Source: Polyangiaceae bacterium
GTDB taxonomy: Bacteria > Myxococcota_A > Polyangia > Polyangiales > Polyangiaceae
NCBI GenBank assembly: GCA_965222375.1
Contig: CBDCTZ010000005.1
Span: forward strand, 574,821-638,820
Length of the DNA stretch: 64,000 nucleotides
Reading direction: 5' to 3'
The notes under the pieces are model-generated. The model saw only the letters and a list, made by a program, of their open reading frames with translations, was not told the origin of the DNA and ran no database searches. Positions 1 through 9,686 of this stretch are shown piece after piece. The stretch's first letter is position 1, and each line of letters begins with the position of its first letter. A program made the position numbers and the translations under genes.

Positions 1-1469
1 ATCCGCACCTGCACCCGATCTCGCCGCTTGGGGATCACACCGCCCAGCGCTTGACGATGCTCGAGCATGTACTCCACTTCCGGACTGTTGAGCCCCGGGT
101 GGTAGAAGGGGGCATCTTCGAGCTCGGCATCGGGCACCGGGAGGTGAAGCACGTCGCGGAACTTCTTGAGTTCCTCGGCCTCCATCTTCTTCTTCTGGTG
201 AGTCACGTTGGAGGCCTCGAAGCTCTCACCGAGGGTCCAGCCTTTGACGGTATGCGCGAGAATGACCGTGGGCTGCCCCTTGTGCTCCGTCGCTCTCTTG
301 AACGCCGCGTACACCTTGCGATAGCTATGACCGCCTCGACGCAGCTTGCGGATCTCCTCGTCGGACAGGTGAGCCACCATGTGAAGAAGCCGCGGGTCAA
401 CACCGAAAAAGTTCTTGCGTGTGTAGGCGCCTTCTTCGGCGGCGTACTTCTGCCATTGTCCGTCTACCACCTCGTTCATTCGCCGACGCAATACGCCGTC
501 CGTGTCCTGCTCCAGTAATGCGTCCCACTCAGGCCCCCAGATCACTTTCAGCACGTTCCAGCCAGCTCCACGGAACACGGCCTCGAGCTCCTGAATGATC
601 TTGCCGTTGCCCCGCACCGGCCCATCGAGGCGCTGCAGGTTGCAGTTGATAACGAAAGTCAGGTTATCCAGCGACTCCCGCGCGGCGATGCTCAAGCTGC
701 CGAGGGATTCGGGTTCGTCAGTCTCGCCATCCCCAAGGAAGGCCCACACGCGGCTCGAGCTGGTGTCAGCAATACCGCGCCCTTGCAGGTAGCGTAGAAA
801 GCGCGCGTGGTAGATGGCGTTGAGCGGCCCAAGGCCCATGCTCACCGTTGGGAACTCCCAGAAGTTGGACATCAACCGGGGGTGCGGATAGCTCGATAGC
901 CCACGGCCCCGCTCCGTTTCTTGCCGGAAGCGCTCCATAGCTTCCACGGATAGGCGACCTTCAAGGAACGCGCGAGAGTAAACGCCGGGAGCAGCGTGAC
1001 CTTGAAAGTAGACTTGATCGCCGATTTGCCCTTCAGCATCGCGGCCCCGAAAAAAGTGGTTGAAGCCCACTTCGTACAAGCTGGCGCTCGAGGCGTATGT
1101 CGATAGATGGCCGCCAATCCCATGGTGCTCCACGTTCGCGCGGTGCACCATGGCCACGGCATTCCAACGGATGATGCGCCGGATGCGCTTCTCCATCATC
1201 TCGTCCCCAGGGAAAGGCGCTTCCTCTTCTTTGGGAATGGTGTTCACGTAGTCCGTCGTCAGCGGTCCGCTCGGAACCACGCGATGTTGCCGGGCCGTGT
1301 CGAGTACGCGCTTCAAGAGGTACTGCGCCCGGGCGCCGCCAGCGGACGCGATAACCGCCTCGATGCTCTCGATCCACTCACGGGTTTCGTCGGGATCTGG
1401 ATCCACTGCGTCCTTGCGATAGCTAGGGGGTAGATGCTCCGAGCGACGTTGGTCGTATTGGATAGCCAT
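1..1469 (-). CDS. aceE: Pyruvate dehydrogenase E1 component, homodimeric type (3' end runs off the window)
   Basis: Not in the ORF track because it has no stop in the window. Manual translation from ATG 1469: MAIQYDQ...[17 protein letters not shown]...DYVNTIP...[18 protein letters not shown]...[26 protein letters not shown], the AceE N-terminus. Also [12 protein letters not shown] (ThDP-binding motif) and [22 protein letters not shown]. Confidence 0.95.
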   Translation of the reverse strand, partial: MAIQYDQRRSEHLPPSYRKDAVDPDPDETREWIESIEAVIASAGGARAQYLLKRVLDTARQHRVVPSGPLTTDYVNTIPKEEEAPFPGDEMMEKRIRRIIRWNAVAMVHRANVEHHGIGGHLSTYASSASLYEVGFNHFFRGRDAEGQIGDQVYFQGHAAPGVYSRAFLEGRLSVEAMERFRQETERGRGLSSYPHPRLMSNFWEFPTVSMGLGPLNAIYHARFLRYLQGRGIADTSSSRVWAFLGDGETDEPESLGSLSIAARESLDNLTFVINCNLQRLDGPVRGNGKIIQELEAVFRGAGWNVLKVIWGPEWDALLEQDTDGVLRRRMNEVVDGQWQKYAAEEGAYTRKNFFGVDPRLLHMVAHLSDEEIRKLRRGGHSYRKVYAAFKRATEHKGQPTVILAHTVKGWTLGESFEASNVTHQKKKMEAEELKKFRDVLHLPVPDAELEDAPFYHPGLNSPEVEYMLEHRQALGGVIPKRRDRVQVR

Positions 1470-1642
1470 GGTCTTCTTTCCAAGGTGGGCGAGTTCGCGC
1501 AATGCTTGCGTTGGTAGTCCAATCAAGCCGCCGAAAGCTTCGAGGTGTCAACGCAATGACGCCTTTTTTGGGGCCGCCGGCGGGGGTAGCCAGCGGCAGC
1601 GCGGCGTGTCATTCTGGAAATGTAGTGAAGTCCGGACCTGCC

Positions 1643-2524
1643 ATGGGGGCACACGCTGGCCAGAATATTCGTCTGCGCCTCGGCAACGGCTCCTGGATCC
1701 TAGTTAGCGGTGAATATAACATCGGGCGCTCCGCAGACTGCCACATCGTCATCGATAGCCCCCGGGTGTCGCGTCAGCACGCCACCCTGCACGTCGACGG
1801 CAGCAACGTCACCCTGCGAGACCGAAACAGCTCAAACGGCGTTTTCGTCAACGGCCAAGCGGTGGGAGGCGCCGCAATCGAACTGCACCCTGACGATCAG
1901 TTCGTGATCGGTGACGCCGAGTTCAAGATCGAAACGACCACGGTGTCGGCGATCGAAGCCGCGGCCGACACGCTTCCCCCAGACAGGCGGTCCTCAGCGC
2001 CGCCCGAAGTCTATCGCACCACTTCCGGCACTTTCGTGTCGCCGCCGCGCGCACCGAGCGGAATTGTACCGTCCGAAGCGTCAACAACTCCCGAGGTCAC
2101 CGCCAAGCGGCATGCTTTGGAGTTGCTGGGTACGGTCGCCGAGCGCGCGATCTCCGCCGGGCATCCCCAGCGTGCCGAGCAACTCCTACGGCCCCGGCTG
2201 GAGGACCTGATGCGCAAGGTGCGAAGTCGCATTGCCCTCGAACCGGAGACCCGCATTCAAGCCCTGCGTTGGTCACTGCGCCTCTGTATTGCCCTCAAGC
2301 GGACGAGTTGGTTGGAGTACGGCTTGGAGCTCCTGACGCTAACTCGCAATCCGTGCGACGCGGGAAACCTGGCGATGCTCGCGGACGCCACGAAAGCCGT
2401 GCCTTTCGACACTGCTCCGTTCCGCAGCTACGCTGCGGTCCTGCGCGATTTGCCGGGAACCCTTGACAAGATGGCGACGGAGCGATTCGTCTCCACGCTG
2501 CTGGCAAACACCTTGACCCGCTAG
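1643..2524 (+). CDS. FHA domain-containing protein
   Basis: FHA motifs IGRS..C.I....VSRQHA and DRNSSNGVFVNG. Start uncertain (ORF open from 1502). Confidence 0.85.
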   Translation: MGAHAGQNIRLRLGNGSWILVSGEYNIGRSADCHIVIDSPRVSRQHATLHVDGSNVTLRDRNSSNGVFVNGQAVGGAAIELHPDDQFVIGDAEFKIETTTVSAIEAAADTLPPDRRSSAPPEVYRTTSGTFVSPPRAPSGIVPSEASTTPEVTAKRHALELLGTVAERAISAGHPQRAEQLLRPRLEDLMRKVRSRIALEPETRIQALRWSLRLCIALKRTSWLEYGLELLTLTRNPCDAGNLAMLADATKAVPFDTAPFRSYAAVLRDLPGTLDKMATERFVSTLLANTLTR

Positions 2525-2533
2525 CGATGGGCT

Positions 2534-3487
2534 TCAGAGCGCATCAAAGCCGAATCGAAGAGTGACTGTGGGGACAATCCCGTAGCTCTCGAGTTCACGG
2601 TCGACCTCTGCCGCCGCTTCGTCCGTGAGCGCTTGGGAGTTCGATCCAACTGACTTCGGGCTGCCGCTGACTTCAGAGTTGGCGTCCAAGGTTCCCATGA
2701 CCCCAATGCCCAAGCCGGCGACAACCCGCTCGCTCAGGTGCCCCTGATAGCCAGCCTCCACAAACCACAGGCTCAGCTTGCTGCTCAGTTCGTATTCGCC
2801 CACCGCAGACCCGGTGAGGCCCACGGGTTCGGTCACGCTCCCGTTCAGGGACGCGCGGATCAGTCCGCCGTCAAAGTACAAACCCATACTGGGACTTGGG
2901 CGCAGTCCAATGCCGAAGCGATATGCGGTGCCGCTCTCATACAGTGACTGCTCCACTTTCTGTCCGTCTTTTTCGCTGGGCGTGACAAGTTCGATGTAGG
3001 CGTTGGGAATGAAGCCGTAGCCCGCTAGCAAGCGAAACCCTCCGGGGGTCTCCAAGACAACTTGCGCACCGACATCCACGGGAATGTGGGTAACGCCTTC
3101 AAGAGACAGCATCCACTCCGCCGGTGGTCGGCTGGGCGTATTGCCGCCAGCCATGGTTGCTCCGTCCTGCCCCAACGGGGGAGCGTACCCTTGCCTTTGA
3201 ACGGGCGTGGGTTGCAGTTGCCGGGGCGGCGCCATCAAGGGAGCGACCGGCCGCTGCGGCGGTTGGCTGACGACAGGCGGTGGCGGTGGCTGGCTGGCTG
3301 CGGGCCGCACCGAAACCGGAAACGAGGCCGCACCGCTCGCCGGCTCCTCGACCGGTTCGAAGGAGGCCGTTGAGCCGGTCGCTGCAGCGGCGCTACTGAA
3401 GCAAATCGTGGCCACGAAAACGGCGACGCGCGTTCGGAAGCCGCGCCGCACTGTTCCAGGGTAAACGGGGCGACTTCCGAGGCGCAT
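2534..3487 (-). CDS. Exported protein with Pro-rich N-terminus and probable outer-membrane beta-barrel C-terminus
   Basis: Signal-like hydrophobic stretch, Pro-rich linker, alternating beta-strand pattern ending LRFGFDAL. Start uncertain. Confidence 0.5.
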   Translation of the reverse strand: MRLGSRPVYPGTVRRGFRTRVAVFVATICFSSAAAATGSTASFEPVEEPASGAASFPVSVRPAASQPPPPPVVSQPPQRPVAPLMAPPRQLQPTPVQRQGYAPPLGQDGATMAGGNTPSRPPAEWMLSLEGVTHIPVDVGAQVVLETPGGFRLLAGYGFIPNAYIELVTPSEKDGQKVEQSLYESGTAYRFGIGLRPSPSMGLYFDGGLIRASLNGSVTEPVGLTGSAVGEYELSSKLSLWFVEAGYQGHLSERVVAGLGIGVMGTLDANSEVSGSPKSVGSNSQALTDEAAAEVDRELESYGIVPTVTLRFGFDAL

Positions 3488-3887
3488 CGACGACAGGATG
3501 AGTTGCAGCATGAAGTCCGGGCATTCACAGAGCAGGATCCAGGCCAAACTCGACACTTTCGTCCTGCTCCTTGCGCCTGAGGATCCGTGACCGGCCTTCG
3601 AGTCTGAGAGCACTCGATATCGTTCAGGAAATGACCACGCGCGGTCTCGCGTTCGGCCGTGGGGCCGCACGCTGGTCCGCAAACAATTACCGTCAACTGC
3701 GGCTCACAATGTGCCAACCCTGGGTGCATTTGCTTACGGCTCACGCTTCACCACATCGGCATACCCCCGCCCCGGCTTGAACCCGCTCGGGATTAGGGCA
3801 TATGGCCCGACCCAGGGTCGCGACCCCAAAACCCTCGAGCCACAAAAAGAACCCGACCCGCCGGGAGAGGTTCGGAAGGGTGGTGCG

Positions 3888-4979
3888 CTATTGACACGAT
3901 CCCGTGAGACCGCCGATCCAAGCTTCAAGCAGCGCGACGCCTTTCGCGTCTACCACCTGAGTTGCCACCGGCGGCATTTGAACCTTGGGCTCTCGGGACT
4001 TCACGCGGCACAACAGGATACTATTTTGAGGATCCCCCGGAACGATGTCATGCACGAGTCCACAGGTGGCTCCGCCGGCGCTTGTGGGGATCTTGCACAC
4101 GCCGATGGTGCTCAAGTCCGAGGGCGCTGCGGTTTCCGCCCACGCGAGGAGCAGTCCGCTGGACGCAGCGGCTCGATCCTTGGCGTGACAGTGGGCGCAG
4201 TTAGCATCGAGGTAGGCCCGCGCCCGCTCTTCTATGCTCGCGCTGCCACCGGGGTCCACCATGCGCTGTCGCTGTCCCGCAGCTGGCGGGTCGCTGCCGA
4301 ACCACCCGAGGGAAGCAAAGTGATCGATCTGGTTCTTGCTCCCACCGGGGTAGGAAAACTCTCGATCTAGCTGCCGCGTCACCCCGCCCAAGGTGTCTGG
4401 GGCGTCCTGGCCGTGACACTCGTTGCACAAGTTCGTATTCGGCACGCTGTAACTCAAGGACTGGATCGCGCCGGACTCGTCGACGAAGCTAACGTCGATG
4501 TTGGTGCCCGCAACCTTGCGCTCCGCCTCGGTCTGCTCTTCGTTCCACACGTAGGTATGTCCGACCCAACCGCTGGCCTCATGCACCAGGAGTCGGGTTT
4601 CGAGCAGGCGCTCGCCTATGCTGGGCTGCCGGGCATCGTTCCAATAAGAAAAAGTCTTGATCAACACGGAGCCCACGGGAAAGCGCCAGGCACCCTCGGC
4701 GTCGTAGTCGATGGTCTGGCCCTCGGGCAGATGAATGAAGCGTCGTTTGAAGGTCCCGTCAGACCATAGGGGGCTGATGACGTCGTAGGGCTCGACCCGA
4801 GCCGCAGTCGTCTGCGCCTTTCCGTCGGCGAATAGCTGCCACTCACCAAGCGTTGGCCACGGCGCGCCATCCGGCGCGGGGTTCACCTGCACTTTTGGTT
4901 TCGGTTTTTCAGTTTCGTCGTCGCCGCCGCAGCCAGCGAGCAGCAGTGCAAAAGCCAAGATGAACGGGGGGCGGCACAT
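3888..4979 (-). CDS. SO2930-family di-heme c-type cytochrome lipoprotein
   Basis: Lipobox LLAGC; two CxxCH (CNECH, CAHCH); family-like motifs PLWSDG..KRRFI.LP, FPVG..LIKTF, LETRLL, ARAYLDANCAHCH, QMPP. Confidence 0.85.
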   Translation of the reverse strand: MCRPPFILAFALLLAGCGGDDETEKPKPKVQVNPAPDGAPWPTLGEWQLFADGKAQTTAARVEPYDVISPLWSDGTFKRRFIHLPEGQTIDYDAEGAWRFPVGSVLIKTFSYWNDARQPSIGERLLETRLLVHEASGWVGHTYVWNEEQTEAERKVAGTNIDVSFVDESGAIQSLSYSVPNTNLCNECHGQDAPDTLGGVTRQLDREFSYPGGSKNQIDHFASLGWFGSDPPAAGQRQRMVDPGGSASIEERARAYLDANCAHCHAKDRAAASSGLLLAWAETAAPSDLSTIGVCKIPTSAGGATCGLVHDIVPGDPQNSILLCRVKSREPKVQMPPVATQVVDAKGVALLEAWIGGLTGSCQ

Positions 4980-4994
4980 TGGGGCTCTCCAAGG

Positions 4995-6068
4995 CTAGCG
5001 GGGGATACGGAATCCGTCTTCGGGAACTGGCAGACCGCTCGGGACCTCTTTCGGCCGGTGGGGCTCCCGGGTTCGATCAGTCAGTGCTTTGTCGATGAAC
5101 GTGGTGATGGCGTCGACCTCGTCGTCTTGCAGTGCGCGGCTCAGCCCAAGGCTTTCTTGAACGCGAACTTCGTATGCGACTGCATCCCGAAGGGATGGCG
5201 CACTGCCATCGTGGAAATAGGGTTCGGTATCTCGGGCGTTGCGCAGGGTTGGGACGCGGAACGCGCCACGATCGGACGCCACCTGGGTCACTTCGAACCG
5301 CCCCAGGTCGCCATTGTCGATACCCCGGTTTTCGAAGGCGGGTGAGTCGAAACGAGGAGCCGTGTGGCACGAGTGACAGCCGGCTTCTGCGAAGAGCTCC
5401 ATTCCCCGAAGCGCCTCTGCGGACAGTGCGCCCTCATCACCGGCTACGTACTGGTCGTAGGGGGCGCGATCGCTGACGAAACTGCGCTGAAACGTGGCCA
5501 GCGCTCGGGCAATGTTGTCGGGTGTTGCTGGCTCGTTCTGACCCGGAAACGCAGCCGCAAACAGCTTCTGGTATTCGGCAATCGCCCGCAGGTCCAGCGC
5601 AGCCTGCTCGGGCTCCTTGTTCAGCTCTCCGGATTCTTGTAGCGGGCGCAGCGCCTGCTGCTCCAGGGACGCATCTCGGCCATCCCAGAACAGCTCATCC
5701 ACCAAGGCGATGTTCCAAAGGGTCGGGGCATTGCGCTTGGTGATGTTGGGTCCGATTCGCCCGGGGCCAGTGGGCCCCTCCCCGTCCACGCCCACGCTGA
5801 GAGCGAGACCATCCGACAGTCCCCAAATCTCGCTGTGGCAAGTGGCGCAGGCCGTCAACCCGTCCGCCGAGAGCACGGGATCGTAAAACAGCATCCGCCC
5901 CAGAGCCTGCTTTTCTGGAGTCGCCGGGTTATCAGCCGGGCTCGTCGCTACGGGCAGTGGCGCGTAGGCCCATGGGATCGGCGGACCGTCGTAGGGCACG
6001 CTCTGCGCCGCATCCTGCTCGCCGGAACAGGCCACCGTGGCGAGCAAGAAGGTGAAGGGCCAGCGCAT
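4995..6068 (-). CDS. Di-heme cytochrome c peroxidase/MauG-family protein
   Basis: LGRMLFYDPVLS, CATCH, RNAPTLWN, LFWDGR, CHSCH, FRVPTLRN, PYFHDGS; lipobox-like VAC after ATG 6068. Confidence 0.9.
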   Translation of the reverse strand: MRWPFTFLLATVACSGEQDAAQSVPYDGPPIPWAYAPLPVATSPADNPATPEKQALGRMLFYDPVLSADGLTACATCHSEIWGLSDGLALSVGVDGEGPTGPGRIGPNITKRNAPTLWNIALVDELFWDGRDASLEQQALRPLQESGELNKEPEQAALDLRAIAEYQKLFAAAFPGQNEPATPDNIARALATFQRSFVSDRAPYDQYVAGDEGALSAEALRGMELFAEAGCHSCHTAPRFDSPAFENRGIDNGDLGRFEVTQVASDRGAFRVPTLRNARDTEPYFHDGSAPSLRDAVAYEVRVQESLGLSRALQDDEVDAITTFIDKALTDRTREPHRPKEVPSGLPVPEDGFRIPR

Positions 6069-6070
6069 GC

Positions 6071-7417
6071 TCAGAAGCTGACGCCTGGAAGCGCCGTGAG
6101 CGTGCAGTCGTGAGGCGTGGAATCCGTCGTGTGGTGCTTGTTGTCGCTGATCCCACCCAGAGGCGCTTGCAGGTTTCGGAAGGTCGGGTGGGGCTTTGGG
6201 CCCAGGCACAACTTGTCACCCGCTGCGGCGGGGTTCTCAAAGCCATCCCAAGCTATGTCCTCGAAGGGCTTGATGTTGAACGAACCCACGAGCCCCTGGG
6301 GATCCGTGCCGTTGTTGGTGAGGGTGTTCTTGTAGATGTACGTGCCCTCGGGGTCGGGATCCGTGGACGGATCCGGGGTGCCGCCGATGAGAATGCTGAA
6401 GGTCTGAAGGCTGATGATCAACACCGCCGCGCTGTTGTTATTTTCGATGGTGTTGTCGCGAACCTCGGTTTGGTCTGCCGCGAGGATCAGCATGCCGGTG
6501 CCCGCGGGCACGTAGGAGACGACGGTCTTGTCCTCTGCGAAATTGGCGCGATTGTTGCCGGTGATCTTGTTGTTGCGCACGAGGGCTCGCACGCCATCCT
6601 TTTTCTCCAGGTTGGGCAGCACGAACGCCAAGATCCCCGCCGTATTGTCGAAAGCCTCGTTTTCGTAGACTTCGGCGTCCGAAGTATTCTCGATTTCGAT
6701 TCCTGCAACGTTGCCGTGCACCTTGTTGCGTCGGACGATGGCCTGCTCGCACTGACCCACATAAATACCAGCATCCGACGCACCAATGACTTCTGTGTCT
6801 TCGATCAGCACCCTCTTGCTCTTCACGGGGTAGACGGCGTAGGCACCATTGGCCGTGACGGAACCGGCGTCCCAACTGACTTTCATCTTGCGGAAGGTGA
6901 CGTCTTCGGCGCCGGTGACCACGATGCCGTTTCCGGGCGTATTCTTCACCCATAGGTTTTCAACCGTGAAGCCATCGCTGGTTACGGTGAAACCGTCGTC
7001 GCCTTCGGTCTGATCCTTGAAGTCAACGATGGTCTCTTCCGGCTGCGCGCCCAGCCCCTTCACGGTGACGCCTGCTACGTTCAGGCTGACTTCTTTCGTG
7101 ATCGAAAAGCTCCCCGGGCACAGGCACACCGTGCCTCCGCTCTTCACATCGATGAGTGCGGACTGGAACGCTTCTGTATCGTTGCTGCCCGGCTCCACGA
7201 CTTGCGTGCACTCTGAGGTATCGGCTCCCCCGCAGGTCGCCCCACCACCCTGCCCACCGGCACCGGCTTTTCCGCCCGCCCCTCCAGTCGCGCCCCCGCT
7301 GCCACCGCTACTCGCAACGGTATCGTCATCGCTGCAGCCGGCGCTCAGCGCCGACAGACCGACCAGGCCCGCGAGGCTAACTACGGAAAAGCACTCGGAA
7401 ATTCTAGATAAGCTCAT
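6071..7417 (-). CDS. Parallel beta-helix repeat lipoprotein (family typically paired with SO2930-type cytochromes)
   Basis: Lipobox SAGC; Gly-rich linker; NGAYAVYPV, GASDAGIYVGQ, NVAGIEIENT motifs. ATG overlaps the cfa stop (ATGA). Confidence 0.85.
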   Translation of the reverse strand: MSLSRISECFSVVSLAGLVGLSALSAGCSDDDTVASSGGSGGATGGAGGKAGAGGQGGGATCGGADTSECTQVVEPGSNDTEAFQSALIDVKSGGTVCLCPGSFSITKEVSLNVAGVTVKGLGAQPEETIVDFKDQTEGDDGFTVTSDGFTVENLWVKNTPGNGIVVTGAEDVTFRKMKVSWDAGSVTANGAYAVYPVKSKRVLIEDTEVIGASDAGIYVGQCEQAIVRRNKVHGNVAGIEIENTSDAEVYENEAFDNTAGILAFVLPNLEKKDGVRALVRNNKITGNNRANFAEDKTVVSYVPAGTGMLILAADQTEVRDNTIENNNSAAVLIISLQTFSILIGGTPDPSTDPDPEGTYIYKNTLTNNGTDPQGLVGSFNIKPFEDIAWDGFENPAAAGDKLCLGPKPHPTFRNLQAPLGGISDNKHHTTDSTPHDCTLTALPGVSF

Positions 7418-8799
7418 GGGGCTCCTCGTTCATGCCGGCCAACTGCCCGCGACTTGTCCTGGATCATTTCACCGGCGGCGGCAAGTCCGGGACGCATTCG
7501 ATGCTCCAACGCTTCCACCGATGCAACCGGATGGACTTCGGGCAGAATACGCGCTTGGGGTCGCGCCCACACCAGTTGCACGTCACCGAGGTACCTCTCT
7601 CGAAACGCGCCCTCGCAGTACGCCAGGTAAACCTCCCACGTGCGACAGAATGCTTCGGAATGCCCCAAGGCCTTCACCGCCTCGCGCTGCGCGAGAAAAC
7701 GCTCTCGCCAGCGCCTGAGCGTCAAGGCGTAATGCTCAGTAATCTCCTCCAGATGAACCAAGCGCAGATCGCTGGACCGTGTTGCGCTGGCAGTGAGCGC
7801 GGTCACGCTGGGAATGCAGCTGCCAGGGAAAATGTAGCGCTTGATGAAATCCACGTCGTCCTTGGCGGCTTCATATGCCTGATCTTCGATCGTGATGCTC
7901 TGCACTAGCGCGAGGCCCTCCGGCACGAGCAAGCCTGAGAGTTTTGAGAAGTAGCTATCGAAGTAGCGATAGCCGACCGCCTCGATCATCTCGATGCTCA
8001 CTATCTTGTCGAAGCTGCCCGCCAGCTCGCGGTAGTCCGAGAGTTTCACGGTGATGCGATCTGCCAGGCCCGCGCTGCTCACCCGCTCACGCACGTGCTC
8101 GAATTGGCGCCGACTGAGCGTCGTCGTCGTGACGTGCACGCCGTACTCCGTCGCCGCATGCAGTGCCAGCGAGCCCCAACCACTGCCAATCTCGAGGAGG
8201 TGCTCACCCGGACTCAAGCGTAGCTTGCGACAGACTCGGTCGTTCTTCGCGCGGCTGGCCTGCTGCAACGACATGTCAGGGCGTTCAAACACGGCGGCGG
8301 AGTAGGAAAGGGTCGGATCCAACCACAGAGCGTAGAACTCGTTGCCGAGATCATAGTGCGCCTCGATATTATCGCGGCTGCCCTGAGGCGTGTTTTCGCG
8401 CAGCGCGTGCAACAGGCGCATGGCGGGCTGGGAAAGCCGGGCTAGGCGCCCGTCCAAGCTCTGAAGCGCGGCGCGATTGCGAAGGAACAACCGAACCAGG
8501 TCCACCAAATTGTTACAAGACACTGCGCCCAAAACGTAGCTTTCTCCGAAGCCCACGCTGCCGCGCAGTGCCAAGTCCGTCCACACCCTGGAGTCGTTGA
8601 CGCGGGCTTGCACATCCAAATCCTGACGGTCGCCTTTGCCGCCAACCCGCAACACGCCACCCACGTCCGCAATCGTCAGCCGCCCCTCGGTGATCTTGTT
8701 CAACGCCGCGCTAACCATGCGCCGCGACAACCGGTCCAAGAACGGTAGGCTCGGCAGGGTGGCGTGGTCCCCAACGCGCAGCAGACTGCTTTCGCTCAT
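7414..8799 (-). CDS. cfa: Cyclopropane-fatty-acyl-phospholipid synthase family SAM-dependent methyltransferase
   Basis: NIEAHYDLGNEFY, LLEIGSGWG, SIEMIEAVG, FIKRYIFPG, YLAYCEGAF. Confidence 0.92.
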   Translation of the reverse strand: MSESSLLRVGDHATLPSLPFLDRLSRRMVSAALNKITEGRLTIADVGGVLRVGGKGDRQDLDVQARVNDSRVWTDLALRGSVGFGESYVLGAVSCNNLVDLVRLFLRNRAALQSLDGRLARLSQPAMRLLHALRENTPQGSRDNIEAHYDLGNEFYALWLDPTLSYSAAVFERPDMSLQQASRAKNDRVCRKLRLSPGEHLLEIGSGWGSLALHAATEYGVHVTTTTLSRRQFEHVRERVSSAGLADRITVKLSDYRELAGSFDKIVSIEMIEAVGYRYFDSYFSKLSGLLVPEGLALVQSITIEDQAYEAAKDDVDFIKRYIFPGSCIPSVTALTASATRSSDLRLVHLEEITEHYALTLRRWRERFLAQREAVKALGHSEAFCRTWEVYLAYCEGAFRERYLGDVQLVWARPQARILPEVHPVASVEALEHRMRPGLAAAGEMIQDKSRAVGRHERGAP

Positions 8800-9686
8800 G
8801 GCGCAACCTCCAGGGACGGATCGGGTTTGTCGCATTCAGTTGAAGGTGACTCCGAATGGCGCGGGTCGCCGCAGGAACTCGCAGCACTTGCGCTGAAACC
8901 CGTACGCTTGCGCGGCGCGCTTGCGCTGGCGGTTCCAGCGCTCGGGTGTTCGTAGAAGGGCACGCCTTTGAGCCAAAGCCGCAGGGCATTCCAGTAGATG
9001 GCAGCGAAGACCTTCGCGGTCATCCAGGGCACACTCAGTACTCGCCGGGCGAGCGCCCGTCGAGACCACGCAGTGCGCCGCATCGAGAGCGTTGCGTCGA
9101 AGACCAACCGATCCGGCTCGAATGTTTGCATATGCACCACCAAACTCTGCCCGGGCTCGCTGAACGTCCAGCGGTAGCGCTGCTTCATGGGCATGAACGG
9201 TGAAACGTGGAACTTCTTGTCGAATTCGAAGCACAGTGGCGCGTGCTTCGACTGTCGGTTCAGAACGTACAGATGACGCTCGCCCCAGGGCGTATTGTCG
9301 ACTTCCGCTACAATGCACTGGACCCGCGTCCCGGGCTCGTCGAATACGTAGAAGAAGCTGACCGGGTTGAACGCAAAGCCGAGCATCCTCAAATGCGCCA
9401 GAGCTCGGATGGGGCCTTTCGGGCGCTCACCCAGTTGCGCCTCGATCGCGTCTCGCACTGCGACCTCGAGGCTGGAAGAACTCCCGGCCAGATGGTCCCG
9501 TCGCCGGAGCCAAGCCAGAGCAGGCCAGCGCGCGGACGCGATCGGCCAAGGCCGGAGCAGCTCGGTGGCCTCGCCGAGATCCAGATATGGCTGGAAGATC
9601 CGGTAGCGTAGGTCGTGGGGCCGAGGTGACCGACGCCGGTGCCGCACCCAACCGTCGTAGATGGCGCTGTCAGTCAATCCAGCCAC
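8796..9686 (-). CDS. DUF1365 family protein
   Basis: IYDGWVRHRR, FNPVSFFY, AEVDNTPWGERHLY, KKFHVSPF, IYWNALRLWLKG; lies between the FAD oxidoreductase and cfa as usual for this cluster. Confidence 0.9.
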   Translation of the reverse strand: MAGLTDSAIYDGWVRHRRRSPRPHDLRYRIFQPYLDLGEATELLRPWPIASARWPALAWLRRRDHLAGSSSSLEVAVRDAIEAQLGERPKGPIRALAHLRMLGFAFNPVSFFYVFDEPGTRVQCIVAEVDNTPWGERHLYVLNRQSKHAPLCFEFDKKFHVSPFMPMKQRYRWTFSEPGQSLVVHMQTFEPDRLVFDATLSMRRTAWSRRALARRVLSVPWMTAKVFAAIYWNALRLWLKGVPFYEHPSAGTASASAPRKRTGFSASAASSCGDPRHSESPSTECDKPDPSLEVAP

